Source: a bacterium | GTDB taxonomy: Bacteria; UBA8248 | Direction: 5' to 3' | Assembly (NCBI GenBank): GCA_965203325.1 | Contig: OZ241875.1 | Coordinates: forward strand, 1,440,001-1,504,000 | DNA length: 64,000 nt | Shown here: in pieces, positions 9,715 through 20,547 of the stretch | Position numbering within the stretch: position 1 is the first letter of the stretch | Layout: each line of letters begins with the position of its first letter | Notes under the pieces: generated by a model | Databases searched by the model: none | The model's input: the letters and a program-made list of their open reading frames with translations, nothing else | Told to the model about the DNA's origin: nothing | Position numbers and translations under genes: made by a program

Positions 9715-10423
9715 AAGCCCCTCTCGACTAGCACTCGGGAGGGGCGCTTTTTAGACGCACTTTAGGTGTTGACTTATCCGGCCGTGAGTTGTAAAAGGGA
9801 GTTGTCTGGACTTCCCTTCACAACCTATGGAGCCTTGGAATAAGCCAAGGTTCCTGCCCTTCCTAAGACACTACATAAGGTATCAAATTAAGTCAATCAG
9901 GCGTGAATTCCCCAAGATGTGGGTTTTGTGGTGGAAAGCGTCTAGTCAGGTAATTTGGCTCCAATCATCCGACAGGCCGTGGAAGCGGTATTGGGGGCCT
10001 CTCTGGAGGAACATGCAGTCGAGCGCGACGCACGGGGACGCTGCGCGGGTTCCCAGGCGGAATTCCCCGAAGGAATGCCCGGACAGGCACGGGGGCCCCG
10101 GACAGGTCACGACCTGTCCCTACTACAAACCGCAATCCTCCCCTCTCGGAATATGCCCGCAATTCCCCGCATTTGCCGTACGTCCCGGAATCCGGCGCTG
10201 CGGTATCGTGCGCGCGGCACAGGAAAGCCGGACTCTCCCTCAGGGTCGGGTCCGGGCCCGCACCGGATGGAGTCGATATGAAAGGACGGGAGGTTTTCCA
10301 TGAAGCCGAATGAGGGGTCGAGCGCAGAGGCGACGGTTTCTTCCTCCCCGCGCGGAACCGGACCGCGACGGGAGAGGAGCCTCTCCCTCGGAACAAGGAT
10401 AATGGAAATAATGATATTTCCCG

Positions 10424-10470
10424 TAAAATTCGATAAATTCACGGGGTTTTTCGATAAATTCCTGAAAATT
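10424..10470. repeat. AT-rich core of a dispersed non-coding repeat (copy 1)
   Basis: Its reverse complement matches ~50983-51031 with few mismatches. TTCGATAAATTC occurs twice, at 10429 and 10450. Confidence 0.75.
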
Positions 10471-10782
10471 TCTGATCGCTTAACCGGTTGTTATATAAAG
10501 AGTTATCATTCAAATATGAGCGCCGCGCACTAAGATATAGCGATAAAAAAAGTTTTTTAGAACCCGCGCATTTGCCCGCAACTGCCCGCATTTGCGCACC
10601 GGGCCGAGAGGGCGAGAGAGGCTCCCAGAAACCGCTCGTGTGGTTCACGAGGGCGCGGGCGCGCCACCCGGCCGGCGGAACGCCATATGGCCATCCCATG
10701 GAAACGATGTATAATCCCGCCACCGCACCGGCCGCCTGGTGCCGATCATCATTTCATTCATTCCCAAAACCAGGAGACCGTC

Positions 10783-11670
10783 ATGGAGCGCAAGCAAGCG
10801 AGTGATTTCGACCAGGAACTGCTGGACCTCTTCGATGAGTACGTGCACGGCATCATCGAGCGCAGGGAGTTTCTCGACAAGGCGGCCAAGTTCGCCGTCG
10901 GCGGCCTCACCGCCGCCGCCCTGCTCGATATGCTCTCGCCCGACTACGCGCTGGCGAAGCAGGTCGACGAGAACGACGCGCGCATCAAGGGGGAGACCAT
11001 CGAGTACGCCTCGCCCGAGGGCCACGGCAAGATCAAGGGCTATCTCGTCCGGCCCGCAGGCGGGGGCAGGCGCGGCGGCGTGGTCGTCGTGCACGAGAAC
11101 AGGGGGCTGAACCCCTATATCGCCGATGTGGCCCGGCGCGTGGCCGTCGCCGGCTTCACCGCACTTGCGCCCGACGGCCTCACGCCTCTGGGCGGATACC
11201 CCGGCAACGACCCCGACGGCAAGGTCATGCAGCGCAAGCTGGATAAGGGGAAACTGCTGCAGGATTTCTTCGCCGCCTTCGATCACTTAAAGGCCGACGC
11301 GAGCGCGAACGGAAAAGTGGGCGTGGTGGGCTTTTGCTACGGGGGCGGCGTCTCGAACGCCATGGCCGTCCACAAGCCGGACCTGGCCGCGTCGGTTCCC
11401 TTCTACGGACGCCAGCCCAGGACCGAGGCCGAGGTCGCCAGAATCAAGGCGCCCCTGCTGCTCCACTTCGGCGAATTCGACAAGCGCATCAACAAGGGCT
11501 GGCCCGCCTATGAGGCCGCGCTCAAGAAACACGGCAAGGAATACACCGCGCATTTCTACCCCAAGGCGAACCACGGCTTTCACAACGACACCACGCCGCG
11601 CTACGACAAGGCCGCGGCCGAACTCGCCTGGAAGCGCACGATAGACTTTTTCCGGGCGAAGCTCGCGTGA
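10783..11670 (+). CDS. Dienelactone hydrolase family protein (YghX-like)
   Basis: FDEYVHG..ERREFL N-terminus, [26 protein letters not shown]. Confidence 0.9.
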   Translation: MERKQASDFDQELLDLFDEYVHGIIERREFLDKAAKFAVGGLTAAALLDMLSPDYALAKQVDENDARIKGETIEYASPEGHGKIKGYLVRPAGGGRRGGVVVVHENRGLNPYIADVARRVAVAGFTALAPDGLTPLGGYPGNDPDGKVMQRKLDKGKLLQDFFAAFDHLKADASANGKVGVVGFCYGGGVSNAMAVHKPDLAASVPFYGRQPRTEAEVARIKAPLLLHFGEFDKRINKGWPAYEAALKKHGKEYTAHFYPKANHGFHNDTTPRYDKAAAELAWKRTIDFFRAKLA

Positions 11671-11694
11671 TCCATTTCGACCGTGAAAGAACTC

Positions 11695-11722
11695 GTAGGG
11701 GCGGTTCGCGAACCGCCCCTAC
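11695..11722. repeat. GTAG-type REP palindrome
   Basis: GTAGGGGCGGTTCGCGAACCGCCCCTAC is a perfect 28-bp palindrome between convergent genes. Confidence 0.85.
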
Positions 11723-11791
11723 AGTATTGTCGTACTCACGACGAAATGCCCGAGAACACCCGGCACTTAACCGACGAGCTACAAGATCGCC

Positions 11792-12103
11792 TCAGGCGAC
11801 TCGTCCTTTATACGGAGCGAGTTCAATTTCATCTTCGCGCTTGCGCGTCTGGGCGATATCGTAACTGTTCTGCATCCGCATCAGCGTGTCCATCGAGACG
11901 CCAAACGCCTTCTCGACTCTGAGCGCCATCAAAGGCGAGAGATCCGCGCGCTCGTTGAGCAGCGCGGACAGCGCGGGGCGCGTGACTCCCAAAACCCGCG
12001 CCGCTTCGGTCACCGATAATCCAAGCGGTTCGATGATCTCGCTCTTCACGAACCCGCCCGGATGAGCCGGGGTCTTCATTCGTATGCCACCCGTCGCACT
12101 CAT
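11792..12103 (-). CDS. higA: HigA-family antitoxin (HTH)
   Basis: HPGGFVKSEIIEPLGLSVTEAARVLGVTRPALSALLNE...MALRVEKAFG. Confidence 0.9.
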   Translation of the reverse strand: MSATGGIRMKTPAHPGGFVKSEIIEPLGLSVTEAARVLGVTRPALSALLNERADLSPLMALRVEKAFGVSMDTLMRMQNSYDIAQTRKREDEIELAPYKGRVA

Positions 12104-12112
12104 GATCGCCTC

Positions 12113-12170
12113 CTAGTGGTAATCCTCAAAGTTCAACTCGACGATTTCGAACCCCATTCAATCAATAAAA
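12113..12170 (-). pseudogene. higB: C-terminal remnant of HigB toxin
   Basis: Reads FID*MGFEIVELNFEDYH* directly upstream of higA. The DYH* ending is typical of HigB; the rest of the gene is missing. Confidence 0.7.
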
Positions 12171-12298
12171 CATTACGATATCTCAAAATACGAATTAAGC
12201 GATATGCCCCCAACCGACATGAGGCCGCATAGAGTCGATTCCTTTTTTCGGAACTCGCCCCTTCCCCCAACCCCGCTCATCTGACATAATGAACGGCC

Positions 12299-13123
12299 AT
12301 GAGGACCCTGTTCGGGCGGACACCGTTTCCGTCCCCCGTTTTCAACGAGACAGGGATTCTCAGCCTCATGCGCGGCCTGCCGGGAAAATTCATCGACTTC
12401 AACAAATCACTCTCCAGGCGTTTGGACGGGATGCTTCCCGAAGCATTCCGGGTGGACGGGCAGGCGCATTTCCGGGAAAAATTCGCGCCGCCTTACGTCC
12501 CCGAGGGTGCGCTGGTCTACGAAGTGGGCGGCGGGAAACACCCCCTTTACTCCGGAGAGGAGAAGGCGCGGCGGGACCTCCGGGTAGTCGGCCTCGACAT
12601 CGACGGGAGAGAACTCATGCGCGCGCCGCGCGGGTCGTATGATTCGATGATCCGAACCGACATCACTCGATACCGGGGACGCGAAGACGCCGACGTGGTG
12701 ATCTGCCAGGCGTTGCTCGAACACGTCGCCGACACGAAATCCGCTTTCGCCGGCCTAGCGAGCATATTGAAAAAGGACGGCGTCGCCCTCCTGTTCACGC
12801 CGTCAAAAACCTCACTCTACGCGCGGGTGAACCTCATCATGCCTGAGAAACTCAAGCGGAATCTGTTGAGGTTTCTCTATCCCGAACTCGCGGAGAAGTC
12901 CGGCTTTCCGTGCCGCTACCATCGCTGCACGTTGTCCGAATTCGAAGAAATGGCGCACGGGCAAGGCTTCGTCGTGGTTCAGAAAAGAGTCTATTATTAC
13001 AGTGAGTATTTCAGCTTCTTTGCGCCCCTGCACGTTCTCTGGCGGTTGTGGCTATGGGTTTTCTATCTCCTGGCGCGTGAGCGGGCGGCCGAGACCTTCA
13101 GCCTCGCCCTGCGCAAAATGTGA
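12299..13123 (+). CDS. Class I SAM-dependent methyltransferase
   Basis: YEVGGG, VGLDID, ALLEHV, LKKDG motifs. Start codon uncertain. Confidence 0.8.
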   Translation: MRTLFGRTPFPSPVFNETGILSLMRGLPGKFIDFNKSLSRRLDGMLPEAFRVDGQAHFREKFAPPYVPEGALVYEVGGGKHPLYSGEEKARRDLRVVGLDIDGRELMRAPRGSYDSMIRTDITRYRGREDADVVICQALLEHVADTKSAFAGLASILKKDGVALLFTPSKTSLYARVNLIMPEKLKRNLLRFLYPELAEKSGFPCRYHRCTLSEFEEMAHGQGFVVVQKRVYYYSEYFSFFAPLHVLWRLWLWVFYLLARERAAETFSLALRKM

Positions 13124-13174
13124 GGATGAAAACCAGGGTGCGCCCCGGTATATTCATTTAGTTGAGCGGACATT

Positions 13175-15121
13175 ATGTGCGGCGTTGCGGGTTTTCTCTT
13201 CACGCATCGGGAGACGGACGACCCACGGGGCGTCGTTTCGGAAATGGCGGAGAGCCTGCGCCACCGGGGGCCCGACGACGGGGGAAACTGGGTCGACGAA
13301 GCGGCGGGCGTCGCTCTGGGACACAGGAGGCTCGCCGTCATCGATTTAAGCGCAGACGGCCGCCAGCCGATGATCTCACGCGGTGAAAGATACGTCCTCT
13401 CCTACAACGGAGAAATCTATAATTTCATCGAACTGCGCGATGAATTGACGCGCGAGGGGGCGCGCTTCCAGGGACGCTCGGACACCGAGGTCCTCCTCGC
13501 CGCGGTGGAGACCTGGGGGCTGGAGGAGGCCATGCGGCGGTTCGTCGGCATGTTCGCCTTCGCCCTGTGGGACCGTTCGGAGAAAACGCTGCACCTCGCG
13601 CGCGACCGCATGGGCGAAAAACCCCTCTATTACGGCTGGTGCGGAAAATCCTTTCTTTTCGGCTCGGAACTCAAAGCCCTCCGCGCGCATCCTGATTGGG
13701 CAGGCGAAATATCCGCCGACGCACTCAGCGCGTACATGAAACTGGGCTGCGTGCCCGCTCCATATTCCATCTACAAGGGAATCCACAAGTTGCCGCCCGC
13801 CTCCATCTTGAGCCTCCGCGCTTCGGATGCACCCGGGCATCTGCCAGGACCAAGCGCGTATTGGTCTGCACATGATGTTGTGAGGCATACATCCACCGAT
13901 AGAGGGACAATCTCCGACGATGAGGCGCTTGAGCAACTGGATGAGGTGCTGAAGCGCTCCGTGCGCCAGATGCTGCGCTCAGACGCGCCACTGGGCGCGT
14001 TTCTTTCCGGTGGAGTCGACTCATCGACCGTGGTCGCCCTGATGAAGGCGGAGAGCGCCGCTCCCGTTCGTACGTTTACGATTGGATTTTACGAGAAAGG
14101 CTACGACGAGGCCCACCATGCGCGCGAGATGGCCCGCCATCTCGAAACCGAGCACACCGAACTCTACGCGGGTCCCGGAGAAGCGCTCGAGGTCATCCCG
14201 CACCTGCCCCGGCTCTATGACGAGCCGTTTGCGGATCCTTCCCAGATGCCCACGCACCTTTTGTGCGCTCTCACGAGGGAGCACGTTACGGTCGCTCTCT
14301 CGGGCGATGGGGGAGATGAACTTTTCGGCGGCTACAACCGTTATTTCTGGGCACCCAATGTCTGGAGGTGGAGCAATCGCTTGCCGGAGCGACTGAAAGC
14401 GCGAATCGCGAAGGGTTTGACAACGCGACATCCTGTGCTGGCACGGTATTACGAAAAAATATCTCCCCTGCTGCCCGGACGCTATCGGGTGAAAATGGCA
14501 GGGGAAAAGCTCCTCAAGTTGGCGGATCTCTTCGGTACAGCGAGTCTCGATGAGATGTATCAACGCCTGAGGATGTACGGGGATGCTTCGGTTTTCCTCA
14601 ATGCGCATCTGGATCCGGAAAGTGCATTTGCTCCAATACCAGCGCCGAGCGATCTTCATCCCGCCGGGCAGATGATGTACCGCGACATCGTGGAATACCT
14701 GCCCGATGATATCCTCGTGAAAGTAGACAGGGCCTCCATGGGAGCGAGCCTAGAGGTAAGAGCTCCCTATCTGGACCCCCGCGTCGTGGAGTTTGTCTGG
14801 AGTCTGCCGCTAAAGTTAAAGTTGCGGGGCGGCGAGGGAAAATGGATTTTAAGGCGGTTGTTGTCCCGCTACGCTCCCGCCTCGCTGATTCAAAGACCTA
14901 AAATGGGATTTAGCGTTCCCGTCGGCGAATGGCTGAGAGGGCCTCTTAAGGACTGGGCGGAAGATTTGTTGGGAGAATCACGGCTCAGGGAAGAGGGGTT
15001 CTTTCACCCAGGATCCATTCGCCGAATGTGGGAACAACACGAATCCGGTGCAAGGAACTGGCAATTCTGTCTTTGGGGTTTGTTGATGTTTCAGGCGTGG
15101 CTGGATGATCAAGGGCGATGA
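13175..15121 (+). CDS. asnB: Asparagine synthase-like amidotransferase (glycan-associated)
   Basis: MCGVAG, HRGPD, YNGEIYN, LSGGVDSS, SGDGGDELF. Confidence 0.95.
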   Translation: MCGVAGFLFTHRETDDPRGVVSEMAESLRHRGPDDGGNWVDEAAGVALGHRRLAVIDLSADGRQPMISRGERYVLSYNGEIYNFIELRDELTREGARFQGRSDTEVLLAAVETWGLEEAMRRFVGMFAFALWDRSEKTLHLARDRMGEKPLYYGWCGKSFLFGSELKALRAHPDWAGEISADALSAYMKLGCVPAPYSIYKGIHKLPPASILSLRASDAPGHLPGPSAYWSAHDVVRHTSTDRGTISDDEALEQLDEVLKRSVRQMLRSDAPLGAFLSGGVDSSTVVALMKAESAAPVRTFTIGFYEKGYDEAHHAREMARHLETEHTELYAGPGEALEVIPHLPRLYDEPFADPSQMPTHLLCALTREHVTVALSGDGGDELFGGYNRYFWAPNVWRWSNRLPERLKARIAKGLTTRHPVLARYYEKISPLLPGRYRVKMAGEKLLKLADLFGTASLDEMYQRLRMYGDASVFLNAHLDPESAFAPIPAPSDLHPAGQMMYRDIVEYLPDDILVKVDRASMGASLEVRAPYLDPRVVEFVWSLPLKLKLRGGEGKWILRRLLSRYAPASLIQRPKMGFSVPVGEWLRGPLKDWAEDLLGESRLREEGFFHPGSIRRMWEQHESGARNWQFCLWGLLMFQAWLDDQGR

Positions 15122-15122
15122 G

Positions 15123-16280
15123 ATGAACAAAATCTTATTTTTGCTGGATTTAGAGGACAGATACTTTTTGAGCCACCGGCGTGCGCTCGCGCTGGCGGCG
15201 CGGGATGCGGGATACCGCGTCGTCGTATGCGTGAGAATCGGCGGAAAATATATGGAACGCATCCGCGCGGAGGGTTTCGAGTGTTTTGCTTTAGAGCATG
15301 ACAACAAAGCAGGGATTAGCTTCCTGCGAGAATTTCTGGTCCTCATCCAACTTGTTCGCATCTACCGGAAGTACCGGCCCAGAATCGCTCACCATTTCGG
15401 CGTGAGAAACCTGCTTTACGGCTCGATTGCCGCGCGACTCGCCAAAACGCCCTTCGTCGTGAACTCGTTCCTGGGACTGGGCTCGCTGTTTTCTGAAAAC
15501 TCGCTGCGATTCCGCTGTCTGAAAAAAATCATTTTTCCTCCGCTACAATATTTCCATCGGGCGAAAAACACCCACGTAATCGTGCAGAACGACGCCGACA
15601 GGGAGATGATTCTCCAAAATGTGCTTCCCGATGAATCGCGCCTGAGCGTCGTTCGCGGTTCTGGCGTCGACGTTCGCTCCTTTTATCCCACCCCGGAACC
15701 CACAGGCGCGCCCTTGGCGGTGCTCGCCTCCCGGATGCTTACAGACAAGGGGGTACATGAATTCGTAGAGGCAGCGACCCTGCTTCAAAAAAAGGACATG
15801 AAAATCCGCATGGCGTTGGCGGGAAGCCCCGACCCAAAAAACCCATCCTCCATTCCCGAAAGTACGCTATCGCAATGGCACCGAGAGGGCCGAATCGAAT
15901 GGTGGGGCTACAGGGAAGACATGGCCGAGGTTTGGCGAGACTGCCACATCGCCGTTTTGCCGACGTATTACAAAGAAGGACTCCCGAGAAGCCTCTTGGA
16001 AGCGGCGTCATGCGCTCGCCCGTTGGTGGCCACGGATGTTCCCGGCTGCCGGGATATTCTGAAGGACCGTGTGAACGGACTGCGCATCACGCCGCGAGAT
16101 TCAAAAGCCTTGGCCGACGCCATCAACAAGCTGGCCGGGGATGCCGACCTGAGGCGAAAGATGGGCGCGGCGGGACGGAGAATCGTGGAAAGGGAGTTTT
16201 CCGATAAAATCGTCACTGGAAAAATCCTGGAACTCTATGAGCACATGAACGCGACGGAAAAAAAGCCAAATAAGAAGTGA
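15123..16280 (+). CDS. Glycosyltransferase family 4
   Basis: GSGVD, SRML..KGV, EGLPRSLLEA, TDVPGC. Confidence 0.9.
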   Translation: MNKILFLLDLEDRYFLSHRRALALAARDAGYRVVVCVRIGGKYMERIRAEGFECFALEHDNKAGISFLREFLVLIQLVRIYRKYRPRIAHHFGVRNLLYGSIAARLAKTPFVVNSFLGLGSLFSENSLRFRCLKKIIFPPLQYFHRAKNTHVIVQNDADREMILQNVLPDESRLSVVRGSGVDVRSFYPTPEPTGAPLAVLASRMLTDKGVHEFVEAATLLQKKDMKIRMALAGSPDPKNPSSIPESTLSQWHREGRIEWWGYREDMAEVWRDCHIAVLPTYYKEGLPRSLLEAASCARPLVATDVPGCRDILKDRVNGLRITPRDSKALADAINKLAGDADLRRKMGAAGRRIVEREFSDKIVTGKILELYEHMNATEKKPNKK

Positions 16281-16341
16281 GGCGAGTTTCGGCTAGTCTG
16301 ATGGATGGAGGATGAAACCTCTCGTCAGATGTGATGACGGA

Positions 16342-17025
16342 CTAGGCACCATGACCCCGCAGGCGTAAAAAAGTGAGCATTGTCAGGAATATCACTTGCA
16401 AGTCCATTCGGAGCGAATAGTTCAGAATATAGTATAAATCGTACTCCAACTTTATTCTGTAGTCTTCAATCTGGTCGACGTGGCCCTGCCGAATTTGCGC
16501 CCACCCCGTGATTCCCGCAGGAACGAGTTCTCGATATTCGAATTCGGGATAATGTTTTTTGGCTATCTCCAGCGTCTTGATGTACTCCGCCCTCGGGCCG
16601 ACGATGCTCATATCCCCCTTGATGACGTTCCAGAGTTGGGGAAACTCATCAAGATGATACCGGCGCAGGAAACGCCCGAATGGATAGATTCTCGGATCGT
16701 TTTCCTTCGTGGACATGGTTCCCGGCGGCTTGTCGGCATTCACGCGCATGGTCCTGAACTTATAGAGTGTAAACAATCTACCACCCTGGGTAACACGAAC
16801 CTGGGAATAGAAAGTCGGCCCCTCGCTCGCGAGCTTGATCAGGATAGCGATGAGGAAGCCAAACGGGGCGAACAAGACCAAAACCGTGATTCCGAACCCC
16901 AAATCCACCGCGCGTTTGCATAAAAACTGACGCCGGCTCATTACCTGTCCGTCCTTCAGGGCGGATAATTTTCCGCTATCGGAAATGGACTCCAAGGGAA
17001 CGCGGCCTTCCATTAGAAAATTCAA
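16342..17025 (-). CDS. Phosphoglycosyl (sugar) transferase, short form
   Basis: KRAVD, YKFRTM, LDEFPQLWNVIKGDMSIVGPR, GITGWAQ, YDLYY. Confidence 0.9.
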   Translation of the reverse strand: MNFLMEGRVPLESISDSGKLSALKDGQVMSRRQFLCKRAVDLGFGITVLVLFAPFGFLIAILIKLASEGPTFYSQVRVTQGGRLFTLYKFRTMRVNADKPPGTMSTKENDPRIYPFGRFLRRYHLDEFPQLWNVIKGDMSIVGPRAEYIKTLEIAKKHYPEFEYRELVPAGITGWAQIRQGHVDQIEDYRIKLEYDLYYILNYSLRMDLQVIFLTMLTFLRLRGHGA

Positions 17026-17690
17026 CCCATTTCATGAACGCATAGAGCATAATGCAACGAATGCGAACAGGAATATCTAGCGATTGCTCTTTTTCGCTTT
17101 ACATTCAAACCGAGTTCCCATATATTCAAATAAATAACGAAAATAAAACGAAAATACTGCGGCCCGGGCAGAAAATACGACATAGCTTCACACAAGGCAA
17201 AACTGATGAGAACGAGGAAAGAATCTGGGCGTAAAACGAATCGTCGACTGTCTCCGACGGATTTTGGTGGAAATTGATTAAATGTGGATTTTTCTTCCAT
17301 CGCAGAGGGCACTAGCTCACAGCCCTGGTTTTTGGATGAGAGGAGTGATGACGAAAACACATGAGCGTCGAACCCTCACGAATTTTGACGCAAAAAGCGA
17401 GTCTGAGTCCTCGAGCCTTTCACGGGTTGTTCGGCGCGCAGACCACTATCCGAGGGAAGCGGCTTCACACTTACTCCGACTTGAATACAGCCGTCTTGAA
17501 TTCAGCGAGTAGCCTGTGAATCTACGCGCGTGAATTGTATGCCAAGAGGCATAGTGTGATGAAAAATTAGAGTTGTCAACTATAAACAAAGCGAAAGAAT
17601 TTTGAGGCATATACGTTTTTACCGATCATGAAGGTGTGAGATTTTCGGTCCTTTTCAAGAAAGTCTCCGCTTCCCGGAGGCCATTTCCCC

Positions 17691-19142
17691 TTGATGAATC
17701 CTTCGTTCTTGGCATATGGCGCCATGGCCATCGGCGCGGCTGCGATCATCGGGTCGGGTCTATACAACCTCGGGGCCGCAGGTGCGCTGTTCTTGTTCCT
17801 GCACCCACTCGTCAACATCGAGGTCGCCTTCGGCGATACGGAAAGAAGCATCTCGTACGACAAAGTGGCACTCCTGGCATTGGCCTTGGGCTTCGCGTGG
17901 CATGTCCTGAGAAACAAAAAGCGCCTTAGTCTCAAAAGCCAACCGATTTTTTGCTACACATGGCTCGTCTACATCGTCTGGAGTCTCGTGGCAGCATGGC
18001 TGAGTGGCGCTCCTTTGAAGCAACAATTCTGGGGTCTCGCCGAAACGATCGCCTATTTCATCACCTTTCTCGTTTTTCAGGATATTTGCGCAGACGACGC
18101 TTCCCGCAATCGGGTCCTGAAAGCCATCCTTTACAGTGGCGTCATCATGCTGGCGGCAGTCTTGCTCCAGAATCTGGCCTACCAAATCACCTGGAAAATC
18201 TGGGGGCCGCTCCAAAGCTTCCGCGTCGATTTGTTGTATTCGCCATTCCCCCGGATGTTCTTTGACTCCCGGCCTGGTCCGATCGGGCATCCGAATTTTC
18301 TCGCCGCCTACCTGATTCTATGGGCCACGCTTTACCCGCCGCTTTTCCGAATGTTTTCACGTCCGGCGGCGTTCGCTATCCTCGCCGCGCATCTCATCGC
18401 ATTGGCGTCGACGGGTAGCTATGGAGGAGTCTTGGGCTTCGCCGTCTGCTGTTCGATGATCTCGTATTTCGCGAAGACATGCCCCGCAAACATGATTTCC
18501 GGTCGCATCTCCCGCTCCGGGATTCGCCTGCTTCGGCATATTCTGGTTGCTTTCCTGATTCTGTCGATAGGCGCCGTCGCCGCCAATGACCAAGACTTCA
18601 TGGACTTATCGTTGCTCCCCAGAATCTATATCTATCGCGTCGGCGGAAAAATGCTCGCAGAGCGCCCCTTGGTGGGCCATGGAAACGGCCTCTTTCCCCA
18701 AGCGTTTCAGAAAAGCGAGAGAACGTACATAAGAAACGAGGAATTAAAGGCACCGTCCTGGCGAGTGAAGGATTCCGATTCAGGGAGAGCCGATGAGTCC
18801 AGGGGCCGGGGAGAGGAACTTTCCATTCGCGGGGATGAAAATCTACCCCCGCTTTCGGCCCATTCCTCTTATCTCAAAGCATTCGTCGAAACAGGCTTTC
18901 CGGGAGGCTTTCTGTTCCTGTGCCTGATTGCCGGAGGACTCATCGAGGTGTTTCTTCATCTGAGAAAAACGGGACGGCTTTCGATACGCTCACCCGAAAC
19001 CTGGGGGTGGGCCGCCTGCGCCGGCGTATGTTTTCAGGCCGGAGCCGAGAACATTTTTTCGTCTCCCAAAACCTTCGTTCTCTACTGGGCCGTCACGGCG
19101 TATTGCCTGACGGCGAAATCCACACACTCAGAAAATCCTTAG
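17691..19142 (+). CDS. O-antigen ligase family membrane protein
   Basis: Multiple TM segments, HPNFLA, RPLVGHG, AHSSYLKAFVETG. Confidence 0.75.
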   Translation: MMNPSFLAYGAMAIGAAAIIGSGLYNLGAAGALFLFLHPLVNIEVAFGDTERSISYDKVALLALALGFAWHVLRNKKRLSLKSQPIFCYTWLVYIVWSLVAAWLSGAPLKQQFWGLAETIAYFITFLVFQDICADDASRNRVLKAILYSGVIMLAAVLLQNLAYQITWKIWGPLQSFRVDLLYSPFPRMFFDSRPGPIGHPNFLAAYLILWATLYPPLFRMFSRPAAFAILAAHLIALASTGSYGGVLGFAVCCSMISYFAKTCPANMISGRISRSGIRLLRHILVAFLILSIGAVAANDQDFMDLSLLPRIYIYRVGGKMLAERPLVGHGNGLFPQAFQKSERTYIRNEELKAPSWRVKDSDSGRADESRGRGEELSIRGDENLPPLSAHSSYLKAFVETGFPGGFLFLCLIAGGLIEVFLHLRKTGRLSIRSPETWGWAACAGVCFQAGAENIFSSPKTFVLYWAVTAYCLTAKSTHSENP

Positions 19143-20540
19143 CCGCCTCTGTGTGGCTTCGTGATAAAGATAACGGAGAAAACAAAACAGAATGGCGAAC
19201 AGCCAATAGGGATAAAAATGCGCTGTCGTGGAAACGCCGACGAACAGGGCGACGACGGTGGAGAAGATGACGGCGAAAGGCATTATGAAGCGGGGTGAAT
19301 CTTCATGTATCGGCAAACGGATGACTCTGAAAAAATACATCACGCCCGTTGTTAGCATGGTCATTACTAAAACGAGGCCCAGCAATCCCAAATCCACAAT
19401 AAAGTTCATCGGCAGGCTGTGCAGGGAAACCGGCACGCTCTTTCTTGGGTTTTCCTGAAACAAATCCGAAGTCGACCATCCCTGGATACCCGATTCATAC
19501 CGGGTGATGTCGCCATAAAAATATGCAGACATCCTGGCCGGCGTATCTTTGGAATGCCCATACAAGAACCCCTGCCGCGGCCCACCCCCCAAGAAAGGCC
19601 GCGCAATAAGCACGTCCGCCGCCCGCGCGTACTGGAAGAGCCGCTCCTTGACACTCATCGAGAGATTCGATGCCTCGACGAACTCTCCCCGCACCCTCGT
19701 CCCAACCATCACTGAAACGCCGATGCACACGAGGAAAACCGATGCCGTGAGGCAATAACCAAAAAAAGACTTCATCTTCTCCTTTGCGCCCGGGTGTCTT
19801 CTGAACGTCATGAAAAAGAGAATCAAAAGGAATGCGCCCAGAAACAGCGCGAAAATCGGAACCCTGCGCCATGTAGAAAATGCCATGAGTATCCCGGTGA
19901 ACGACGCGAACAGATGAAACCAGCCGCCTCTTCTCCAGAAGAAATAAAAGGCAATGCCCGCCAGTATCAGCCCGAGTCTGCTGGCAACGATGTGGTGCCG
20001 GACAAACATGCCAAGAAAAAACCGCCCCTCATGATTGAGCGAATACGGATTGGGAATACGCAAATAATAGAACAGAATGCTCTCGACACCCATCGCCAAG
20101 GCGACCCAGAACACACTCTCGAGGGCCCCCTCGAACTCCTTTCTCCCCCACCGGTTGTTATGAACCAGATACCATACGAGCATGCCGTCGGCGTAGGGCA
20201 CGGCATCGGCTAGGAGCCAATAGAAGGGAACCGACGTCTTGATGGGATCATCCTGGACATAGCCATGGACTATCCCTGCCCAGAATATCACCCAGAACCA
20301 AAGGGCGGCGACGGCAAACCCCGGCATCGGTTTTCGCGTCCCGAACCGAATGACTTCTACCACCCATGCGGCGCACAGTAGAACGAAAAGGAGCACGTAG
20401 ACTTTATACGGGCCCACAAATTGGCCCGGGAAGTAGGGAACGTGCTCCCACGGGATGAGAAAATATACCGCATGCAGACGAATGGCTGCGTTGGTGAGTC
20501 GATGAGGAGAGGCGTTTGACCCTACGCGGTACGCGCTCAC
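19128..20540 (-). CDS. O-antigen ligase/polymerase family membrane protein
   Basis: Multiple TM segments, ER...RPFLGGG, LHSLPMNFIVDLGLLG. Confidence 0.7.
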   Translation of the reverse strand: MSAYRVGSNASPHRLTNAAIRLHAVYFLIPWEHVPYFPGQFVGPYKVYVLLFVLLCAAWVVEVIRFGTRKPMPGFAVAALWFWVIFWAGIVHGYVQDDPIKTSVPFYWLLADAVPYADGMLVWYLVHNNRWGRKEFEGALESVFWVALAMGVESILFYYLRIPNPYSLNHEGRFFLGMFVRHHIVASRLGLILAGIAFYFFWRRGGWFHLFASFTGILMAFSTWRRVPIFALFLGAFLLILFFMTFRRHPGAKEKMKSFFGYCLTASVFLVCIGVSVMVGTRVRGEFVEASNLSMSVKERLFQYARAADVLIARPFLGGGPRQGFLYGHSKDTPARMSAYFYGDITRYESGIQGWSTSDLFQENPRKSVPVSLHSLPMNFIVDLGLLGLVLVMTMLTTGVMYFFRVIRLPIHEDSPRFIMPFAVIFSTVVALFVGVSTTAHFYPYWLFAILFCFLRYLYHEATQRRLRIF

Positions 20541-20547
20541 GGAAAAA

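Noticed and set aside
9860..9880. AGACACTAC as a third copy of the 19-bp inverted repeat
   Set aside because: Only 9 bp match, too short to define an IS end.
10215..10300. AGGAAAGCCGGAC, resembling the RNase P RNA 5' motif
   Set aside because: It departs from GAGGAAAGUCC, and I found no matching 3' conserved region.
17022..17360. Hydrophobic ORF that might be a broken N-terminus of the sugar transferase
   Set aside because: No recognisable motif; cannot be supported without a search.
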